64,000 nt of DNA, taken from Balanoglossus misakiensis (lineage: Eukaryota; Animalia; Hemichordata). The notes below the pieces were generated by a model. The model did no database searches. It saw only the letters and a program-made list of their open reading frames with translations, and had not been told where the DNA came from. The stretch's first letter is position 1. Every line of letters begins with the position of its first letter. Below are positions 56,201 through 64,000 of this stretch, in pieces. Location: contig CM082580.2 in assembly GCA_040954595.2 (NCBI GenBank), positions 14,398,389-14,462,388 of the forward strand, read 5' to 3'. The position numbers were made by a program, and so were the translations under genes.

Positions 56201-59200
56201 CATTTCCAATTCCCAAATCAGTGTCGTGTATGACACAGATGAAGGCACAGCAACTGCAAATGTTTCAATGACTCTACAAAAGCACATGAATGCCACTGTG
56301 ATTGGTGCGACTACACTCACTTTCACAGCAACAGGGTCCAACAAGGGCATCCCAGTACAAGCTGCTCAGACAATACTCAGACACATTCTTTATCACAACA
56401 GTGAAGATGAACCTTCCAATGCGACAAGAAGAATCACAGTTAAGATCAACGACACAGTAAACACTACTTCAGCAGTGACTTCAGTTCCCATTCAGCTCAT
56501 TGGTGACCATGCACCAGAGGTGGTTGTTCCGACCACAGAATTGAACTTCACAGAGGGGGACTCTGATGCATTCTTATTCCCCGATCTCCAACTCACTGAT
56601 CAAGACCACAATGAATATTTCTACATGGCTTCTACTGTGATTACCATTGACCCTCCACTTGAAAACACATTATTGGAATACATCACCATCACAGACCACG
56701 CTGACCTTCTAGCAGTAACCTTTGATCCTACATCTGGAGCAATGCTAATCAGTGGCACAGCATCAACTCAACACTACCAAGAAGCACTGAGAAGTATCAT
56801 TTACAAAAATCACATGGATGAACCAGAGCCCTCAACAAAGTACATCACTGTCACGGTAACAGATGAAGATGGCTTCCAAAGTAACACAGCCACTGTTGCA
56901 TTGTCAATTCTTGTTATCAATGACCACGTCCCAGTTGTTTCTACAGGTGATCACTTTATCTTCACAGAAGATACAGACACTACAATTCTGTTATCGGACA
57001 ACTTAACCATACATGTATCTGATGCTGACAGTGGCAACCTGCCGTTACATGCTGTTCACATTTCCATTGAAAATGCAACTGATGGTGACCAAGAATTCTT
57101 GGAGGTGGTTACATCTGGTGAAATCAGCCAAGAATATCTGCCAGACACACACACCCTGATCATTCGAGGGCCAGCGGATGTCACCGACTACCAACAAGTG
57201 TTGGATACGCTGAGTTACACCAATACAGCAGAGGAGCCCACTCCAGGGATTCACTGCATACAGATCATTGTGAGTGATGGCGAACACACCAGCTCTCCAG
57301 CCACGATCAGCATTGAGATACAACCTGTTAATGACAGACCTCTCCTTGACCTTGATTCACTGACCAGTGGCCAGAATCTGACCTTGACTTACACAGAGAA
57401 TTCAGGCAGTGTGAAGCTACTGGACAATCAGACCTTCAGACTGCTGGACTATGATGACATCTACCTGCAGTCTGCCATTGTCACTCTGAAGAACCCCACT
57501 GATGGAGACATGGAAATGCTCCATGTTACAACAACAGGAACCAACATTGTGATTGGCAATGTGAATGTAACTATGACACAGATTAGCATGGCTGGAGAAG
57601 ACACAGTGGAAATTTACAGACAGGTCTTACTGAGCTTACGGTATGAGAACACCAATCATAACATCAGTCCAGACCAGAGAGTAATCCAACTACAAGTGTT
57701 TGATGGGCAAGTCACATCTGAAGCATACATATTCATCAATATAATTGCAGTGAATGACCCACCTATAATTGATCTAAATGGATTGTCTGAAGGGTTAGAC
57801 CATTCTGTTAATTTCACTGAAGAAGGCGATGGAGTCAGACTGAGTGATGGAATCATGGTGGTGGATTATGATGATGAAAGCTTGGTGAGTGCCATGGTGG
57901 AAATAACAAACCCCAGAGACGGGGTGTTGGAAGAGATCATTTTTAACACAAGTCTTGTGTGGCAGCTACGGTTAATGTGTGAATACAACAATACAACCAG
58001 TCAGCTTATCATAACTGGTATCCAGCCTGTTATTTCTTACCAGCGTGTGTTCAACACGCTGATGTATGTCAATTATGCTGATGAGCCCAACCCTGAGACA
58101 AGATTCATTAAATTCCTCGTCTACGATGGAGCGAACTTCAGTGAGCCAGCACTTACAAAGGTGGCTATCATTCTGACCAATGACATTCCTGTTCTTCATA
58201 TCGCCCATGAAGATACAAACTCAACTGTGTATAAAACTACCTTCATTGAAGACAACAAACCAGTTGCACTTGTGGAAACCGCCCACACAACTGTGACCGA
58301 CAATGATGATGCTACACTCGAACAGTTGTCTGTGCATATTGATAATGTTCTTGATCAAGGATCTGAAACTTTATTCTTTGATCTGGCAACACTGCCAACT
58401 CACATCAATATCACAAAAATATTATCTGCAGCTGAATTTGCTGAGATGAATTTCCAGACATGCCCTGATCACCTTGACATATCAGAAATTGTAATAGACT
58501 ATGATTTTACTTTGGAGGAATGGACAGAGATTTTAAAATCACTTCGCTACTGCAACAGGAACCAGAACTTGACAGGTGGAGAACGTGAAATCAGAATGTC
58601 TCTGATAGACTCACAGAATGGTGAGAGTAATACCTGTTACAGTTATGTGGACGTCATTCCTGTGAATGATCCACCAGCCATGACTCAACCACTGGCAATG
58701 ACATATAGAATTGAAGAAGATCACAATCTCACTATTCCAATCCTTCCACATTTCGAAGACCAGGAAGAAACACTAACAAGTACTTCCATTCAAATTGTGG
58801 CCGCTCCAGACCATGGTAGTGTCATCATCGTAGACGACATCAACTACTATCCAGAAGTCAATGATTATGGCAATTACACACTGACTTTCCAAGTCTGTGA
58901 CAGTTTCAACGACTGCTCGCCTCCGATAGAGATCAGGATTGAAGTCCAGTCGGTTAATGACCCACCTTTCCTTGTGGAACCACTGCAAGTCAGCTTCGAT
59001 GAAGACCAGCCCATTATGATCAACCTGAAACAGTTTGTCCGAGATTATGAAGATGACATCATCCCAGGTGGTGCCTATCCAGAGGTTACTGCTGTGGACG
59101 GTCCACACACAGGCACGCGGGCAGTGTCAGTTGATAACAGATATATGGCTTTCACTCCCAGTCCAAACTTCCATGGCCATGATAGCATTACTGTGGATTA

Positions 59201-62200
59201 TTGTGACAGTGATGGCGCCTGCCTGAATGATGTTGTAATCCTGATCGATGTTAAATCTGTCAATGATTTGCCGGTCGTTTCGATAAACTACCCTGGCGAG
59301 ACTGATTTGTTCAGATGCGACGAGGATGAGAATATTCAAATTGAAATCACAGTGGAAGATGTAGAAGACAGGACACCTGGTAACATCACCATTCTTACAG
59401 TTCAACATGGTGTAGCAGAACACAATTCTACAAACCAATCAGAAATTCTCACCCAGGAATCAGTTTACCAGGTGACAACCCACATTGACTATACACCAGA
59501 TGATAACTATTTCGGAGCTGATGAAGTAATATTTGAAGTTTGTGATTGGGATGGTGGATGCGTAAATGACACAATTTACATAAACATTCAGCTGGTTAAT
59601 GATCCACCAGTGGTTGGAATAACAACACTACACATCCGTGAGGATGAGACACTGACCATTTCTGTTCCTGCAGACCTAAACATCACTGATGTAGATGATG
59701 ATCTTGATTACAGTAACATCTGGCTGATTAGCAACATCAGTGTTGGGATGCTATCAGATGACGACACTCCTACATGGTGGTATCAACCACCAGAGAATTT
59801 CTACTCAAGTCAGCCAGATGATGTAGTTTTCCGCATCAGAGTGTGTGACTCAGACTCAGCAGATCCCAAATGCACAGATGCTGATATACAGATTGTCATT
59901 GCTCCGGTCAATGATCCACCTTTGACCCCAGCTATTCAGGTCCAATTTGATGAGGACAGCATCTACACTGTGAATCTGTCATTGTATGTGTCTGATGTGG
60001 AAGATGGTCCCATTGATTTAACAAAGATAGAACTTATTCAGCCACTGCCTCATCTGGTCAATGCCAGCTATGACAGCCTGACTGGATTGGTCACTTTAAC
60101 AGGTGTTCCCGATGGCTTTGGTCATGAAACGGTTGCTTACAAGGCTTGTGATTCACAAGATGTCTGCAGTGAAGATGGAGTGATACAGGTTGAAGTATTC
60201 AATGTCAATGATCCACCTGTGGCAGATGATTTCCTGTACATGGCGAGCCAAGATAAGCTTCAACTCATAAGCATATCAGAACACATCCATGATGCAGATT
60301 TGTCTGAATCTGACAAACTTACATCCTTGGTGGTTTTTCTGATTGACTCTCAAACTGGAGAGTACACCGAACATGTCAACACTGAAAATGGAGGGACTGT
60401 GAAATTTCTGGCCCAGAAACAGCACATAGTGCTGACTTATGAACCAGAGGAACATTACATCGGATCAGATGGCTTCAGTTATGCTGTGTGTGATCAATGT
60501 GATGAGAGACTCGGTGTGGTGGCGTTGACAGACACTGGCTGCACCAAACAAGTCCAACAAAACAACGACAGCAGTACATGGCCTGATGGCAGACACATCG
60601 CTTGTGACCATGGCAACGTGGAAGTGTTGGTTCTCAATTCCAATGAAGCACCGGTTGTGAAGGACATATCTGCAAGCACTGTCATGCCAGCATCTGTCGT
60701 CTTAGAACCCTACCCAGAAGAGTTTGCTGGTCTGACAACAGATGCCATAGGTGTTTATGACCCAGATGATCTTCAGGCTGCTCTTCTACTGGCCAACAGC
60801 GAGGACCTTCAATTATACCATCTTAACAATGGCACAGACATCAATATTACAAGCACAACTGTAGTGACTCAACCAAAATTAGGAAGTGTACATCTTGTCT
60901 TCTCGGATGACTCCATTCCAGCATTCCTATACACTCCATTTTATGATCAGCATGGATATGACAGTTTTGTTTTTCAAATCTGTGACCAGCAAACAAAGTG
61001 GCAAGAGTCGAAGTGCTCCTGGGCAACTGCTAAGATTCATGTGATGATCCCAGGCCCCAACATTACAGCCCTGATTGCCAGCCCAGCCCAGGAGACTGTC
61101 CAGCAGCTCAGCATGCACACAGATTGCAAATTCTCACGCCAGGACACCATCACAGTGATGTTTGACACAGACACCAACATGCCACCTTACCACAACACTG
61201 ACTCGCAGCTAACCACAAGAGATCTAAACACGCTGTTCAAATTTGCAGATCCATTCATAACAGAAAATAAAAACAGCAACCCATATGTGGGTCAATGGGT
61301 GACCCCAGACACACTGAGCATTACCATCATTGATGAAGGCTACCCACAGCCAGATGTTGAAATAGGCAAATGGTTTCTGTCCATTAAGGAGCAGTCTCCA
61401 TGTGGTGGCTATGATGCATACTCCAAAGATCCCTTACCATCAGAAATGTGGTCAGATTACTGTCTTACAAGTGCAGGCTACAGTTCAGCACATTCCACAT
61501 CAACATCATCACCACTGCAGGGCAGCTGGGGGTATCACATTCCCACAGTTAAAGACATCATCATCCGCAATGACAACGTTCCTATGGTGAAACTCAGAGA
61601 GAACAGCGACTACTTTGGTGAAGACTCAGAATTGGTCCTGAGTCTGTGGCCACCTCTGTCGTATAACCAGCTCTTGGCTCTGTGCCAGCTGGAACCTGAT
61701 GAAGTGTTGGACCTCAGTGTGTTCGGTCAGGGAACTGAGCTCTTGAAAGCCAACTGTGAAAATGTAATACCAGGAGAGTCAGTTGAGCAGGATCCTGTGA
61801 ATTCAGAAACGAGGAGACGCTCATTTGGACATGATGAAGAATCTGTGAACTTTAAAAACAACCTCAGCACCAGATTTAGAAGATCCACTGAAAGAAATGA
61901 TTCAACAACAATAATGCCTGTTTTCACAGAGCTTGTGTTTGAGATCACCAAGATGAACGAGATGCTAACAGGACCTGAAGCAGACAGGGAGCATTTTATC
62001 AACACCATCTCTTCATCTGTGAGAACTGACAAGATTGCTGACATCGTCTCGGTCTTGACTGGTATGATAAGGCAAGATGTCTTAAACTACACAAGTGATA
62101 TCATTGACGCATCTGAGTTGGCTAAACTCTACCAGGAATACATCTCTGATCAGACTCCACAAGTCCTCAGCGTGACGGCCAATGATCCAGACAACCTGGA

Positions 62201-63883
62201 TTTGGAGTTTAGTAATGGGGATACCATCACAGTAGAGTTTGACAGAGACACCAACAGCCCACTGGTAGAAACCAAGGAAGATCTTGATAGAATTCTCACA
62301 TTTGATGCATCGCTGGGATTAGATTACACTGGCTTCTGGAGAACAGCAAAGAAACTGGAAATACTGATTGTAGATTCAACACACCATAGTCGTGACAAAC
62401 GAGACTTGCAGAATATTTCATTCACTTTCACTCACAATACCCTGTACTCGGGACAAGAATTCACTGGTCAATATCCCTACCTGCCAACCACAAGACCCAA
62501 CTGTGTGGGAGTGAATGTCTGCGGAGGAAACTCTAGTGCCCCCACAGTTGGCATCTGTAGTGAGGATGGCCTATCCTGTCGGGCAACTGGCACGTACTAC
62601 ATTTCAGGGGGAAACTTTGGCACAGGAACAAAGGATTACAGACTATGGTGGATCATCCTTGGCCTGATAGCTTGCACGGTCTTCTTGGCTTTGGTGTTCA
62701 TGTGCATGTACTGCTGTACAAAGAAGAAGAAAAAACCAAAGAGAGAAACAGAGGGGAAAATTGGCCAGTCTTCAGCAGACAAAGATACCTGGCCACAGAA
62801 AGCACACAAAGAAGGCCAAACAGGACCAGGGCTGATACCTCCCATGATCCTCTTCAAACATCAGAGTAAGCGCCAGAAGGTAGTTGATGATGTCAGCAAA
62901 GCAGAATACACCAAAGAAGAAGTCAATGTGGACATGAAAACACTGATCAACCATGACAAGGTAAATGTGAACTTAAAATTCTTGAATAATAATTTGAAAT
63001 TAAAAAAAAAAACTTAGAAAATATTTCTGCATAGGAGTAAATACATAAGACATCTAAAGTTTCATACTTCCATAACACACTGATTATGTTTTTATTTTTG
63101 CCAGAATGAAGACAAGGATAGCACAGATCTGTCGGTGTCTGCAATTTTTCCAGATCTGAGAACAGCCTTATTGTTACAACCAGCGTACAATAGCAGTCAA
63201 AGAGAAGTCAGTGACAATGAGTCTGTCCGTGACCCTCATTCTCCATCGAGACAAAAATTAAAAGAACAGCCAGAACATTTGGTGAGGCACACTTCAGAGA
63301 TAGATATGTCCATCCTGTCACATGATGACAATGTGATACCTTACTATAAAACCTGGCATCAGAGCAGTGTTGGCCAACCACCACCTGACTTTGAGACACC
63401 ACTGCAAACAGGCATGAACAGAAAGAATGTCAATTCAACACGCCATACAGAGCCACTGCATGCAGCATTGCTAGTTGGCCAACGCCACAACTCTCATCAC
63501 ACAGGAGGGTCCAGAGAAACCATTCAGAATATTTCAGTAGTGCCAAATCACAAGTCCCTGGATGCTGATCGTGGGACACCCATACACAGCAGATCAGCAA
63601 GTGTACCAGCGACTGCTAACACTGTGTCATCTGAGCCAGCAGTGGCAGAGGTTGCAGCCATGGACTTATCAACGCAGGATGCAAATCAAAGGAATTTACT
63701 GCAAAATCACTTGTGGGAACGGAATGTTACGCCCTCTCACGGAATCAAAATAGGAAATGGACACAGTGTGTTTTTGGGAGACTTGGACATTGAGAGAGAA
63801 GCAAAGAAGAGAGAACATACAAAAGGAAAACTGGATTCTGGGTTTTATCCTGTGGATGCCTACGAACTGTCATCTATTCACAG
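35221..63883 (+). CDS. Giant type I membrane protein (>4,600 aa, 3' end outside window) with bacterial adhesin-like cadherin/Ig repeats
   Basis: Phase-compatible GT-AG exons: 35221-35635, 38651-38844, 40954-41105, 42908-43035, 43248-43429, 45611-45845, 46016-46152, 46674-48063, 49791-49898, 50082-50252, 50780-50849, 51062-51261, 51632-51855, 53526-62960, 63105-63883 (13,820 nt). Signal peptide MANVWTCVFFVVCVIAVLA; recurrent VNDxP and DxD motifs; TM LWWIILGLIACTVFLALVFMCMYCC followed by KKKKKPKR. Confidence 0.87.
36530..36806. mobile_element. Candidate degenerate MITE
   Basis: Ends AAAGGCAGTG ... CAGTGCCTTTAA form a short imperfect TIR with TTAA on the right; the left TTAA is not intact. Confidence 0.3.
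41225..41400. repeat. (GA)n/(GAGT)n microsatellite, intronic
   Basis: Read directly. Confidence 0.97.
46674..48063 (+). CDS. Exon 8 (1,390 nt) of the giant membrane protein: three cadherin-like repeats
   Basis: Acceptor TCTTTTCAG at 46673, donor G/GTAAGT at 48064; motifs APAIDLNG and FTEENG..LTYDN..EP..TRVITIQVNDG..VNDSP. Confidence 0.9.
51350..51548. mobile_element. About 200-bp TTAA-flanked MITE (Kolobok-like termini)
   Basis: TTAA-AGGTA ... TACCT-TTAA ends; TTAA target with purine-purine termini is typical of Kolobok elements. Confidence 0.5.
53526..62960 (+). CDS. Exon 14 (9,435 nt, 3,145 codons) of the giant membrane protein: about 18 repeats, juxtamembrane domains and TM helix
   Basis: Acceptor TTTCCGCAG at 53525, donor AAG/GTAAAT at 62961; uninterrupted ORF of diverged repeats. 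Confidence 0.95.
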
Positions 63884-64000
63884 GTAAGAAACCATTAGTC
63901 TTGATGTTGAAATAGTCACATTTAGGGGGGGGGGGGGACATACTGCCTCACTCCCTATGGATATCACATACATGTAACAAATATCTGACTTGTGCCTGAA

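Noticed and set aside
53752-62954. Antisense and alternate-frame ORFs within the giant exon
   Set aside because: Shadow ORFs of a long coding frame with no independent motifs.
53526-62960. Bacterial contaminant contig explaining the adhesin-like ORF
   Set aside because: Flanked by canonical splice sites in phase with 14 other exons, has a eukaryotic signal peptide, TM helix and sequons, and lacks RTX or T1SS signals.

Overview
Eukaryotic (animal-like, intron-rich, probably marine invertebrate; the taxon is an inference) window crossing from satellite heterochromatin into gene-containing DNA. 1-16.75 kb holds four related 86-88 bp satellite families with internal inversions and nested block duplications. 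16.8-21.35 kb holds a decayed, spliced minus-strand transcription unit with its own promoter and a 129-bp minisatellite, closed by an inverted copy of one satellite family. 22.2-31.9 kb holds a head-to-head pair: a 7-exon proline iminopeptidase (one GC-AG intron, mitochondrial-type presequence) and a membrane-anchored ankyrin-repeat gene. From 35.2 kb to beyond the window runs a gene of at least 15 exons, including a 9.4-kb exon, encoding a >4,600-aa type I membrane protein built from repeats resembling bacterial giant-adhesin cadherin/Ig-like domains. All exon models were read by eye from splice consensus and frame continuity; no database searches were run.
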